Source: an uncultured cyanobacterium
GTDB taxonomy: Bacteria; Cyanobacteriota; Cyanobacteriia; Cyanobacteriales; CAWUOF01
Length of the DNA stretch: 64,000 bases
Direction of reading: 5' to 3'
NCBI GenBank assembly: GCA_963744145.1
Contig: CAVUSO010000001.1
Coordinates: forward strand, 6,720,001-6,784,000
Shown here: in pieces, positions 41,504 through 52,200 of the stretch
How positions within the stretch are numbered: position 1 is the first letter of the stretch
How the letters are laid out: each line of letters opens with the position of its first letter
Made by a program: the position numbers and the translations under genes
Notes under the pieces: generated by a model
The model's input: the letters and a program-made list of their open reading frames with translations, nothing else
Database searches by the model: none
What the model was told of the DNA's origin: nothing

Positions 41504-43591
41504 ATGCGTTACTGTTTTCATCCCCAGTGTGAAATGCCCCACCACCTTGATGGGACAGACTTTTGTCGGAGTTGTGGTACTAAACTCTTGCTCAAAGAGC
41601 GTTATCGAGCGATTAAACTACTGGGTGGGGGAGTTTTGGGTAGAACCTTTTTGGGTGTAGATGAAGACAAACCTTCTAAACCACTTTGTGTAATTAAGCA
41701 AATTTTTTTTCAACCCAATTTTAATTTTACTACAGAGCATCCTTTTCCAGCAAGCGAACAGCCTCAACCAGGATTGATAGAAAAGAACCATTACCACTCT
41801 GCTCAGGATCACCAAAACCTAGATTGGGAATTCTTTAATCACCTGACCATGAAGCTCGATGAACTAGGTCAACATCCTCAAATCCCCAATTTATTAGCAG
41901 CTTTTGGAGAAAATGGACATCAATATTTCGTCCAAGAATATATAGAAGGAAGAAATCTAGCGGAGGAATTAGGAGAAACTGGTGCTTTCACGGAAGTAAA
42001 AATTCGTCAGTTATTAAAAAGTTTACTACCTGTATTGCAGGTAATGCACGATCATCAGTTAATTCATCGGGATATAAAACCAGAAAATATCATTCGTCGT
42101 CGTTCCCATCAATCCCTGGTTAATAAAGGATATCTAGGGGATCTCAGTTTAGTGGATTTTGGTGCAGCGATATCAGTTGCCGATCGCTATTATAGTCTAA
42201 CCAACACAATCGTTGGTTCGGCTGAATATGCAGCTCCGGAACAGACTAAAGGACAAGCGGTGATTAGTAGCGATCTTTACAGTTTAGGGATCACTTGTAT
42301 CCATTTACTGACAGAACAGTCTCCTTTTACTCTCTTTGATCCTGAACAAGATTTATGGGTATGGCGATATTATTTAGATCAAGAACATAAGTGGAGATCG
42401 GGGAAAGCTCAAATTAGTGAGTCTTTAGCCAAAATCATTGATAAATTAATCGAAAAATCACCTAAAAAACGTTATCAATCTGCAACTGAGGTGATGAAAG
42501 ACCTAAATCATTGGATGATCTCTGCACCAGAGATTCCCCAAAAAACTAAATTAGCAGTAACCGCGCTAGGAGGAGCCGCGATCGCGATTTTCTTTGCTAC
42601 ACTTACTACCCATATCCAATATATTAATCCTATTCCCAAGACATCTTTTAATAGTCCAGAAATATATCTTTCCCAACCGAGTTCAACTGACTTGAGTTTT
42701 CCCCAGCACCAGCTCCAATTATGGCAAAATCTCACTGGAGTTAATGGTCCAGTTTGGTCTTTAGCAATTAGTCCAGATGGGAAAACTCTCGCGAGTGGTA
42801 GTTATAAAGATATTAAACTATGGCAATTAGGCAAAAATGAAACTAAAATGATTATTTCTGGACATACTGGTCCAGTTTGGTCGATCGCAATTAGTCCGAA
42901 TGGAAAACTGCTAGCTAGTGGGAGTGAAGATCACACAATCAAATTGTGGAATATCCAGAAAAGTCAATTATTAGCTACATTGAATGAACATTCAGCCGGA
43001 ATATTTGCGATCGCTTTTAGTCCTGATCATAATATTCTAGCTAGTGGGAGTGCGGATCAAACCATTAAACTTTGGAATGTCACGACCGGGGAATTAATTC
43101 GGACTTTGAGAGGTCACTCAGGTGAAGTTCAATCAGTAGCATTTAGTCCAGATGGCAAAATCTTAGCAAGTGGTAGCACTGATGGTACAGTAAAAGTGTG
43201 GAATTTGAGTAATGGTGAATTAATTCATACCTTAATTGGTCATACAGACGCAGTTTGGTCAGTTGCAATTAGTCCGGATGGGAAAACAATTGCGAGTGGG
43301 AGTTGGGATCATCAGATTAAGTTGTGGAATATTAATACAGGTAAACAGATTCAGACTCTGATTAGTCATACAGATAAAGTTCAATCAGTAACTTTTAGTC
43401 CAGATGGACATAGATTAGCTAGTGGTGATTTTGCTGGTACGATTAAACTTTGGGATTTAACGAACAATACCGCGATCGATAATATTAAAGCACATTCAGC
43501 TTTAGTACAGATGGTATTTAGTCAGGATGGTAAAGCGATCGCTAGTGGTAGTTTCGATCACACAATTAAAATCTGGAGAGTTTCTCCCTAG
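41504..43591 (+). CDS. Ser/Thr protein kinase (4-Cys N-terminus) - TM - WD40 repeats
   Basis: CVIKQ, HRDIKPEN, DFG, APE; hydrophobic segment; 7 divergent WD40 repeats. Confidence 0.92.
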   Translation: MRYCFHPQCEMPHHLDGTDFCRSCGTKLLLKERYRAIKLLGGGVLGRTFLGVDEDKPSKPLCVIKQIFFQPNFNFTTEHPFPASEQPQPGLIEKNHYHSAQDHQNLDWEFFNHLTMKLDELGQHPQIPNLLAAFGENGHQYFVQEYIEGRNLAEELGETGAFTEVKIRQLLKSLLPVLQVMHDHQLIHRDIKPENIIRRRSHQSLVNKGYLGDLSLVDFGAAISVADRYYSLTNTIVGSAEYAAPEQTKGQAVISSDLYSLGITCIHLLTEQSPFTLFDPEQDLWVWRYYLDQEHKWRSGKAQISESLAKIIDKLIEKSPKKRYQSATEVMKDLNHWMISAPEIPQKTKLAVTALGGAAIAIFFATLTTHIQYINPIPKTSFNSPEIYLSQPSSTDLSFPQHQLQLWQNLTGVNGPVWSLAISPDGKTLASGSYKDIKLWQLGKNETKMIISGHTGPVWSIAISPNGKLLASGSEDHTIKLWNIQKSQLLATLNEHSAGIFAIAFSPDHNILASGSADQTIKLWNVTTGELIRTLRGHSGEVQSVAFSPDGKILASGSTDGTVKVWNLSNGELIHTLIGHTDAVWSVAISPDGKTIASGSWDHQIKLWNINTGKQIQTLISHTDKVQSVTFSPDGHRLASGDFAGTIKLWDLTNNTAIDNIKAHSALVQMVFSQDGKAIASGSFDHTIKIWRVSP

Positions 43592-43674
43592 ATGCAAAAT
43601 TGAATTTTTCCCACCAGCAGTTTTTTCAGCTGATGGACTGATATTTATAGGAGTTTAACGGATCAGATTGAAAT

Positions 43675-43795
43675 AGACTTCTGGCAAAAGTCCTTATTGA
43701 GTAATTTATTGACAGGCAAGATGCCTGTCCCACAAGAGTTTTTTTGTTAGTGGGACAGGCATCTTGCCTGTCCTAGTTATTTTTGCAAGAAGTCT
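43675..43795. mobile_element. 121-bp MITE (AGACTTCT..GCAAAA terminal inverted repeats, AAT target duplication) carrying a GTGG-type REP doublet
   Basis: AAT|AGACTTCTGGCAAAA...TTTTGCAAGAAGTCT|AAT; GACAGGCAAGATGCCTGTCCCAC / GTGGGACAGGCATCTTGCCTGTC. Confidence 0.85.
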
Positions 43796-43808
43796 AATAT
43801 ATTAAATT

Positions 43809-44615
43809 TCAGTCTTCCTCAACTTCTATTCCAGCTTGACGCAATTTTGCCGCTAATCGCTCGGCTCGTTGACGTTCTTGTTCAGCCCGTTGACGTTCTT
43901 GTTCAGCCCGTTGACGTTCTTGTTCAGCTCGTTGACGTTCTTGTTCAGTGAATTCTTCTGACCATAATAACAATTCACCTGCCAGATTCCACCATCTCAA
44001 CCAATAGCCAGTTCTACCTTCATGGTATCCGTGCCAAACTCCTAAAAATAGGTCTAAACCTGGTATCCAATAACGTCCATTTTCATCAGGTTGTTTGATT
44101 TGGTAGTGTTCTCCTTCTAAGCTATAAACTTCTAAATAAGCTGTACTAGCTCGGAAAATCACATAAATCGGTACTTTCAGCACTTGCTCATAAAAAAACC
44201 ACTTTCCCACTCGTTGGGTAAATTCCACGGAATATTCCTCTCCATAAGTTGCGGAAAGAAATTCCATCACAATTTGGGGAATCGGTCCTTCTGTGTGGGG
44301 GGTGTAACTCCGACGCACTTCAGGGACATTTTGAGGTTTAACTGGTTTAACATAGAACCAGTCTGGTGCTTTACAGATTGTTCGTGGTTCCTCGTCTTCT
44401 GTTAATGGGAAACTAATTCCTGCACAGAGGGCTAGATTAGAAACTACTAAAGCATCTTGCATTAATTTGGGGATAGCAGCAAGAGCCTGTCGTAAAGCTG
44501 CAGCTAATAAGGGTTGGCTTTCGTCTTCTACGGGATCATCTGGTAGTTGAAAATCGGCTGGCAAAATCGGCCAGGTAATGATTAGTTCGGTCGAATTCGT
44601 TAATATAGCTGTCAT
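43809..44615 (-). CDS. Uma2-family (DUF820) PD-(D/E)XK protein
   Basis: LPDDPV, KAPDWFYV, VMEFLS, KWFFYEQVL, WLRWW; C-terminal (EQERQRA)x4 21-bp repeats. Confidence 0.9.
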   Translation of the reverse strand: MTAILTNSTELIITWPILPADFQLPDDPVEDESQPLLAAALRQALAAIPKLMQDALVVSNLALCAGISFPLTEDEEPRTICKAPDWFYVKPVKPQNVPEVRRSYTPHTEGPIPQIVMEFLSATYGEEYSVEFTQRVGKWFFYEQVLKVPIYVIFRASTAYLEVYSLEGEHYQIKQPDENGRYWIPGLDLFLGVWHGYHEGRTGYWLRWWNLAGELLLWSEEFTEQERQRAEQERQRAEQERQRAEQERQRAERLAAKLRQAGIEVEED

Positions 44616-44728
44616 AGATAATATATTATTTGGGTAAATCTAAATTTGCCAACACTTATTAAGCCCAATCCCTTGGCACAGATGAAGGGAAGAAGCTTAT
44701 AAGCCTAAATACTAGCGATCCTGGGTAA

Positions 44729-44896
44729 TAACAATTTAATGTGAAGTTGCACAAATCTAGATCCCCCTAAATCCCCCTTAAAAAGGGGGACTTTTAATTT
44801 TGGCTCCCCCTTAAAAAGGGGGACTTTTAATTCTGGCTCCCCCTTTTTAAGGGGGCTGGGGGGATCAATTCTATGCAGCTTCATCAAAAATTGGTA
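44729..44896. mobile_element. 168-bp MITE with TACCAATT-family ends (TAA target duplication) but CCCCCTTAAAAAGGGGG hairpin cargo
   Basis: TAA|TAACAATTTAATGTGAAGTTGCAC...TGCAGCTTCATCAAAAATTGGTA|TAA; three CCCCCTTWWWAAGGGGG units. Confidence 0.85.
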
Positions 44897-45075
44897 TAAA
44901 TTGTTGGCAGATCCGGTCTAAGATTATTACACAAAACTTGATTTCTTGTCAATCAGAGCTAGTTACTCTTCAATTTTAGTTACAAATACAACTAATTATC
45001 TCAGTTTACTTAAGTTTCTCATCGTCTTTCTAGGAAAGAATTAGGATATATTTAACTTCCTGAATCTTTTTCTGT

Positions 45076-47011
45076 ATGACCTATTGCCTCAATCCCGATT
45101 GCCAAAAGCCTGATCTTAACCCAGATATAATTAGGTTTTGCCAAAGTTGTGGCTCAAATTTGCTGCTCAAAGACCGTTATCGTGCGATCAAACTGATTGG
45201 TCAAGGTGGATTTGGCAGAACTTTCCTGGCGTTTGATCAAGATAAACCCTCTAAACCCTATTGTGTCATTAAACAATTTCTCTATCAAGGTGCTGGGGCA
45301 CAAAGAGCAGCTGAGTTATTTGAACAAGAAGCAGTTCGATTAGATGATTTAGGTAAACATGATCAAATTCCTGAGTTATTTGCTCATTGCTCGGTCGAGC
45401 ATCGTCAATATTTGGTGCAGGAATTTATTGATGGGGAAAATTTAGGGACTATTTTAGAAAATGAAGGTGCTTTTAGTGAAAAGAAAATTAAGCAGTTGTT
45501 GAATAGATTATTACCTGTTCTGGATTTTATCCATTCTCATCATGTTATTCATCGTGATATCAAACCAGAAAATATTATTCGTCGTGCCGATGGTCAACTG
45601 GTTTTAGTTGATTTTGGTGCAGCTAAACACGCTACTATCACTACTCTAGCAAAAACCGGAACTGTGATCGGTTCGGTTGAATATACCGCTCCTGAACAAT
45701 CTCGAGGTAAAGCCTTGTTTGCTAGTGATATTTATAGTTTAGGAGTAACTTGTATTCATCTGTTGACTCAAGTTCCTCCTTTTGATTTATTTAGTGATAG
45801 TGAAGATGTTTGGGTCTGGAGAAGTTATTTACCTAAGCCTTTACAAGATCGCCATCTTGGTGAAGTTTTAGATAAAATGCTCCAAAGAGCAACTAGCCGT
45901 CGTTATAATACTGCTAATGAGGTTTTGCAAGATTCTTCAGCCTCAATCTTTTGCTGTTAGTCGTATCCCATTAGTTCAGTCTTCGTTTCTTCCTTCTTCC
46001 CCGACTTCTAGGTTAGCCACATCAGGAATTTTTCCTCATGTTACTATTTTAGCACAACCCTGGAGATGTGTTCGGACTCTTCGAGGACATTCTAATTGGG
46101 TGTGGTCGATCGCGGTTAGTCCCGATGGACAGACTTTAGCTAGTGGTAGTCGGGATAAGACGATTAAAATTTGGCATATTGGGACTGGAAGGGATATTTT
46201 TACTCTGAATGGACATTCTAACTGGGTTTGGTCTGTATCGATGAGCCCGGATGGTCAAACTTTAGCTAGTGCTAGTGAAGATAAAACCATTAAAATTTGG
46301 CAAATTGGTTCTGCGGAAACAACCATCGCTCCACACCAAAATCAAAAAATTATTCCTAGTTCAGTTTTGTCTCCTCCATCTTTGTTATTTACTCTGAATG
46401 AACATTCTCGTTCTGTTTATTCGGTTTCGATCAGTGCAGATGGAAAAACTTTAGCTAGTGGTAGTGGTGATAAAACTATTAAAATTTGGCATTTGGGAAT
46501 ACCTCACTCGATTCAAACTCTCACTCGTCATTCTTTTTGGGTTCGTTCTGTGACTTTTAGTCCGGATGGGAACATTTTGGCTAGTGGTAGTTTGGATAAT
46601 GATCATACTATTCATTTGTGGCACCAGAATACTGGTAAATGGAGTCGGACTTTAATGGGACATCTAGGTTGGGTTCGTTGTTTAGCTTTTACTCCCGATG
46701 GTCAAATTTTAGCTAGTGGGAGTAGCGATCGCACGATTAAATTATGGCACTTAGATTCGGCTCAGGAAATTCGCACTCTACAAGGACATACGGATTTGGT
46801 TGGTGCGATCGCGTTTTCGACCGATGGACAGACTTTATTTAGTGGTAGTCGGGATGAAACGATTCGGGTCTGGGATCGAGAAACTGGTCAAGAAATTGGT
46901 ATTCTCAGAGGACACACTGGGGGAGTTAGCTCTCTAGCTCTTACTCCCGATGGGGAAACTTTAGTTAGTGCCAGTATTGACCATACCATTAAAATTTGGC
47001 GGTGCGATTAA
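45076..47011 (+). CDS. Ser/Thr protein kinase with C-terminal WD40 repeats; +1 frameshift near 45934
   Basis: GQGGFGRT, HRDIKPEN, DFG; removing one T in GATTCTT gives QDLQPQSF in frame with the 7-WD40 ORF. Confidence 0.88.
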
Positions 47012-47051
47012 TTAATTTTAATTTTCTCTCACTAAATGCGGCTTTAGTTCC

Positions 47052-48536
47052 ATGAATGAGATTAATTTCTATTATGAAATTTTAGGACTGAATCCTGGAG
47101 CATCTTCTGCCCAAGTAAAGCAAGCTTACCGTAAACTTGCTAAGGTTTGGCATCCCGATCGCTTTCATAATGAACCTGATCTGAAACGGGAAGCAGAAGT
47201 AAAGATTAAACAAATTAATCAAGCTTATGAGTTTTTAAAAAATTATCAATCTCCCCCAGTTAATGGAGCTTCTTCTGTTAATATTTCTCCGACCTATTCC
47301 CGTTCAGCTCAAGATTATTATCAAGAAGGGTTGAGTTTTTTTAAGGATGGAAACTATCCAGAAGCGATCGAAGCTTTTACGAGGGCAATTAAAAGTAATG
47401 ATCATTATATTCAAGCCTATAAATATCGTGCGATCGTCTGTGATAAGTTAGGATACCATCATCGAGCAGATGCTGATTTTCGCAAAGCTTTAGAATTGGA
47501 ATTAATGCAGAAAATGGCAAATGCGAAAAATAAAACACCTCCAGCATCAAAGCAATCAAGTTCATCTTCTCCACCACCCCGATCAACCACACCTCCACCA
47601 CCAAAAACCGCCCCATCTGTACCGCCAAAATCAGAAATATCTTGGCAATATACTAATACTTTACCAGCTCATGCTGATTTAGTCGCCGCGATCGCGATTA
47701 GTCGAGATGGGAGAATTTTGGTTAGTAGTAGTTTCGATAAAACTATGAAAGTATGGAATATGCGAACAGGTCAATTAATGTTTACCTTGTCAGGACATTC
47801 TGACCGAGTGCGTTGTATTGCAATTAACCGGACTGGGATGTATCTTGCAAGTGGGAGTGCAGATAAAACGATTAAACTTTGGCACTTAAACACTGGGAAA
47901 GAAATTCGGACTTTTGGAAATTGGTTTTCTGGACATACGGATGAAGTTTTGGCACTTGGATTTAATCCAGATGGACAAACATTATTGAGTGGAAGTGCAG
48001 ATAAAACCATTAAATTATGGCAGGTTCATAGTGGAAAGGAAATATATAATCTCTCCGAAAATTTAGCACCCGTATTAGCGATCGCGATTAGTCCAGATGG
48101 TAAAAGTTTTGTGAGTGGGGGGTTAGAAAAAGCTTTAAAAATTAGACAAATTAGTGATGGTAAATTAATCCGGGCGATCGCGAATAATTCTTCCTATATC
48201 CTCAGTTTAGCTGTGAGTCCCGATGGGCAAATTTTAGCGACTAGCAGTTTAACTGAAATTAAACTCTGGCAAGTAGCTACAGGTCAAGAAATTTGTACCC
48301 TTAGTGGTCATTCAGATTTGGTACATTCGATCGCGTTTAGTCCTAATGGCCAAATTTTAGCTAGTGGCAGTTTTGATCATAATATTAAACTATGGCAACT
48401 AAGCACAGCTAAAGAAATTGCCACTTTAGCTGGATATTTAGGGAAAGTTTATTCAGTTGCTTTTACTCCGGATGGAAAAACTGTAGTTAGTGGAATTCAA
48501 GACGGAAGTATTAAAATTTGGCGACTGGGCAGTTAA
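47052..48536 (+). CDS. DnaJ (J-domain) - TPR - WD40 protein
   Basis: YYEILGL...WHPDRF; TPR pair; Pro-rich linker; 7 WD40 repeats. Confidence 0.92.
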   Translation: MNEINFYYEILGLNPGASSAQVKQAYRKLAKVWHPDRFHNEPDLKREAEVKIKQINQAYEFLKNYQSPPVNGASSVNISPTYSRSAQDYYQEGLSFFKDGNYPEAIEAFTRAIKSNDHYIQAYKYRAIVCDKLGYHHRADADFRKALELELMQKMANAKNKTPPASKQSSSSSPPPRSTTPPPPKTAPSVPPKSEISWQYTNTLPAHADLVAAIAISRDGRILVSSSFDKTMKVWNMRTGQLMFTLSGHSDRVRCIAINRTGMYLASGSADKTIKLWHLNTGKEIRTFGNWFSGHTDEVLALGFNPDGQTLLSGSADKTIKLWQVHSGKEIYNLSENLAPVLAIAISPDGKSFVSGGLEKALKIRQISDGKLIRAIANNSSYILSLAVSPDGQILATSSLTEIKLWQVATGQEICTLSGHSDLVHSIAFSPNGQILASGSFDHNIKLWQLSTAKEIATLAGYLGKVYSVAFTPDGKTVVSGIQDGSIKIWRLGS

Positions 48537-48561
48537 TGTTTTGAGAGTAAAATCTGAATGA

Positions 48562-48956
48562 TACAGCCTACTCCAGGTTTATGAAGTTCATCAAGTTGAT
48601 CTGTGGGGCAGGGCGGGTTCATTAATACCTCGACTGCGCTCGGCACAAGGGTTATTTGTGTGTGGCAAGTTCATCGGTAACCCTACAGAGATTCACCAAA
48701 AAATCGATCAGGATTAGAGGATTACAAGATTAACAAGATTTGTAGGGGCAGGTGAATGAATTTATGATCACAATCAACCGGGATTTGTAGGGGCAGGTTC
48801 ACCAATCAATTCTGCTCCAAACCGATCACGGACAGGCAAGATGCCTGTCCCACTCATAAACCTGCCCAACCAACACAGATCACTCACAAGCGACTTTAAC
48901 CGATCGCCATTCATGCTAAATCTTACTGTACTTCATCAACCACCGAATCCGCTGTA
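48562..48956. mobile_element. About 395-bp composite MITE (TACAGC...GCTGTA ends) with nested REP hairpins
   Basis: Imperfect ~30-bp inverted ends sharing ATGAAGT.CA; internal TTGATCTGTGG..., GTAGGGGCAGGTTCACCAATCAATTCTG, CTCGACTGCGCTCGGCACAAG and GGACAGGCAAGATGCCTGTCCCAC. Confidence 0.75.
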
Positions 48957-48971
48957 ATTTTAATTGCAATT

Positions 48972-49242
48972 ATGAGCTATTGTCTAAATCTAGATTGTCA
49001 ACAGAAGGTGTTTTTGATCAAAACAAATTCGAGATTTACTCAATAGTTTACTACCTGTGCTAGAGTTTCTCCATTCTCATCAAGTTATTCATCGGGATAT
49101 TAAACCAGAAAATATTCTTCGTCGTGCTGATGGAATTATCAAAATTTGGAATTTAGCAACTCAAGTAGAAATTTATACAATATCAGCCCACACTGGTGGT
49201 ACTAATGGGTTAGCGATCGCTTCTAATCATCTCATCCTATAA
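48972..49242 (+). pseudogene. Multiply deleted kinase-WD40 gene remnant
   Basis: MSYCLNLDCQ | EGVFDQKQIRDLLNSLLPVLEFLHSHQVIHRDIKPENILRRADG | IIKIWNLATQ...AHTGG segments fused within 270 bp. Confidence 0.8.
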
Positions 49243-49299
49243 TATTGCTTCAACTCAGAATTACTGCTCACAATTAAGATGTGTTTAAGGTAATTTAGA

Positions 49300-52200
49300 T
49301 TAATTCTTCTTGATGCTGATATCGTCGCAAATATGTCTGTCACTTTCATTTACACCAGAATCAGGATTGTGCAAATAAGCGGATAACCATTCACAACCTC
49401 GTCCTAAAAGATAGTTTAAACCAAATTCTAACTTCCATAGTTTGATCGTCTTGTCTCCACTACCAGAGGCCAAGGTATGACCATCAGGGCTAAAACTTAC
49501 GCTACTGACCGCATTACTATGGCCAGAGAGAGTGCGAAGTTCCTGCCCTGTCTTGACATCCCATAGTTTGATCGTCTTGTCCCAACTACCAGAGGCCAAG
49601 TTTTTACCATCGGGGCTGAACCTTACGCTATGGACCGGATCTCTATGGCTAGAGAGAGTGCGAAGTTCCTGCCCTGTCTTGACATCCCATAGTTTGATCA
49701 TCTTGTCAAAACTACCAGAGGCCAAGGTATGACCATCGGGGCTGAAACTTACGCTAATGACCCCATCACTATGGCCTTCGAGAGTGCGAAGTTCTTTCCC
49801 TGTCTTGACATCCCATAGTTTGATCGTCTTGTCAAAACTACCAGAGGCCAAGGTATGGCCATCGGGGCTGAAACTTACGCTAATGACCCCATTATTATGG
49901 CCTTTGAGAGTGCGAAGTTCTTTCCCTGTCTTGACATCCCATAGTTTGATCGTCTTGTCATCACTACCAGAGGCCAAGGTTTGACCATCGGGGCTGAAAC
50001 TTACGCTAATGACCCCATTATTATGGCCTTTGAGAGTGCGAAGTTCTTTCCCTGTCTTGACATCCCATAGTTTGATCGTCTTGTCATCACTACCAGAGGC
50101 CAAGGTTTGACCATCGGGGCTGAAACTTACGCTAAAGACAAAAGAACTATGGCCTTTGAGAGTGCGAAGTTCTTTCCCTGTCTTGACATCCCATAGTTTG
50201 ATCGTCTTGTCAAAACTACCAGAGGCCAAGGTTTGACCATCGGGGCTGAAACTTACGCTATTGACCCCACGACTATGGCCAGAGAGAGTGCCAAGTTCCT
50301 GCTCTGTCTTGACATCCCATAGTTTGATCGTCTTGTCCGAACTACCAGAGGCCAAGGTATGACCATCGGGGCTAAAACTTACGCTAATGACCCCATCACT
50401 ATGGCCAGAGAGAGTGCCAAGTTCCTGCTCTGTCTTGACATCCCATAGTTTGATCGTCTTGTCCGAACTACCAGAGGCCAAGGTATGACCATCGGGGCTA
50501 AAACTTACGCTAATGACCCCATCACTATGGCCAGAGAGAGTACGAAGTTCTTTCCCTGTCTTGACATCCCATAGTTTGATCGTCTTGTCCTTACTACCAG
50601 AGGCCAAGTTTTTACCATCGGGGCTAAAACTTACGCTAATGACCCCATCACTATGGCCAGAGAGAGTACGAAGTTCTTTCCCTGTCTTGACATCCCATAG
50701 TTTGATCGTCTTGTCCTTACTACCAGAGGCCAAGGTATGACCATTGGGGCTGAAACTTACGCTAATGACCCCATCACTATGGCCTTTGAGAGTGCGAAGT
50801 TCTTTCCCTGTCTTGACATCCCATAGTTTGATCGTCTTGTCCTTACTACCAGATGCCAAAGTATGACCATCGGGGCTGAAACTTACGCTAATGACCCCAT
50901 CACTATGGCCTTTGAGAGTGCGAAGTTCTTTCCCTGTCTTGACATCCCATAGTTTGATCGTCTTGTCCTTACTACCAGAGGCCAAGATTTGACCATCGGA
51001 GCTAAAACTTACGCTGCTGACCCCATCACCATGGCCAGAGAGAGTGCGAAGTTCTTTCCCTGTCTTGACATCCCATAGTTTGATCGTCTTGTCCTTACTA
51101 CCAGAGGCCAAGATTTGACCATCGGAGCTGAAACTTACGCTATGGACAAAAGAACTATGTTTTACCAAACGGTTGTGTTCCTTAACATCAAAAATTGAGA
51201 TTCCCAAAGCTGCTGTCACCGCTATTTCAGATATATTTTCTTTTTGCATAGTTTTGCCGGCCTTAATCGCGGTAATTAAAGCATCAAATTTTTCGTCCCT
51301 TGGATATAATAGGGATAAAGCATATTCTCCCTGAGCTTTAATTCCAATAAGTTTAGCGTTTCTATCACTATCTAAAGCAATTTTGATAGCGATCGCAGCG
51401 ATGGCTACTAATAATGTCATTATCCCCAGCATCAGCCTTAACACGAGCAGTCCCCGTTTTTTCTGTTTTTCAACAGCATCGAACGCACGACTAGACTCAA
51501 TAAACTTAGTTTGTAACTCTGTTATCGGCGGTTGCTTTTTATACTTACTTGCTTTCTGAAACCAGTCATCTGCGATCGCAAACTCACTACCTCTGAGCAG
51601 CAAATCATTATTTTGATCTTGGTTTTCCCATTCGATCGCCCGACGCAGCCATTTAGTATGACTTTGAATATATTCTCGGTCAGTATCTAAAGTTTTTAAC
51701 AACTGATTAACATTAGCATAAAATTCCCCTTCCTTTTGCCGAAAATCAATCCACTGAACCTTAGCTAACTCAGGATGTAATTCAGTAGTATTGACATCTT
51801 GATGCAATACCGTAATAAACCGTTTATTAAGTTTAGCTGCATATTCAACCTCATCAGCACAGAAAGGAGAATTAATAGAACGTGGTGACAAAATAAACAG
51901 AAAATTGTCAGCACTCTCAATTCCCAGATAAATCTCTTTCTGAAAATCTGCCCCTGAAGCGATACTCTCTTGGTCAAACCAAGTTGTCTTTCCGCGTACT
52001 TGCAACTCATCATTTAAGACACGGGCTAGATCCGAATCAGATCTGGAATAAGAAATAAATACATCTAGAGATGCAGCAGGAGGTTGGTGCAAACTCGCAT
52101 CAATAAACTCCTTCTGTAAAGTAGTAGGCTGATGTAGAGTTTTCTGTTCTGCCCCCTCTAACCAAATTTTAGCATGGCGCAAATTATAACCCCGCAATAG

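Noticed and set aside
49435..51159. Regular repeats resembling a CRISPR array or DGR template/variable repeats
   Set aside because: The units are contiguous in-frame 126-bp coding repeats with no unique spacers; no cas or reverse transcriptase gene is in the window
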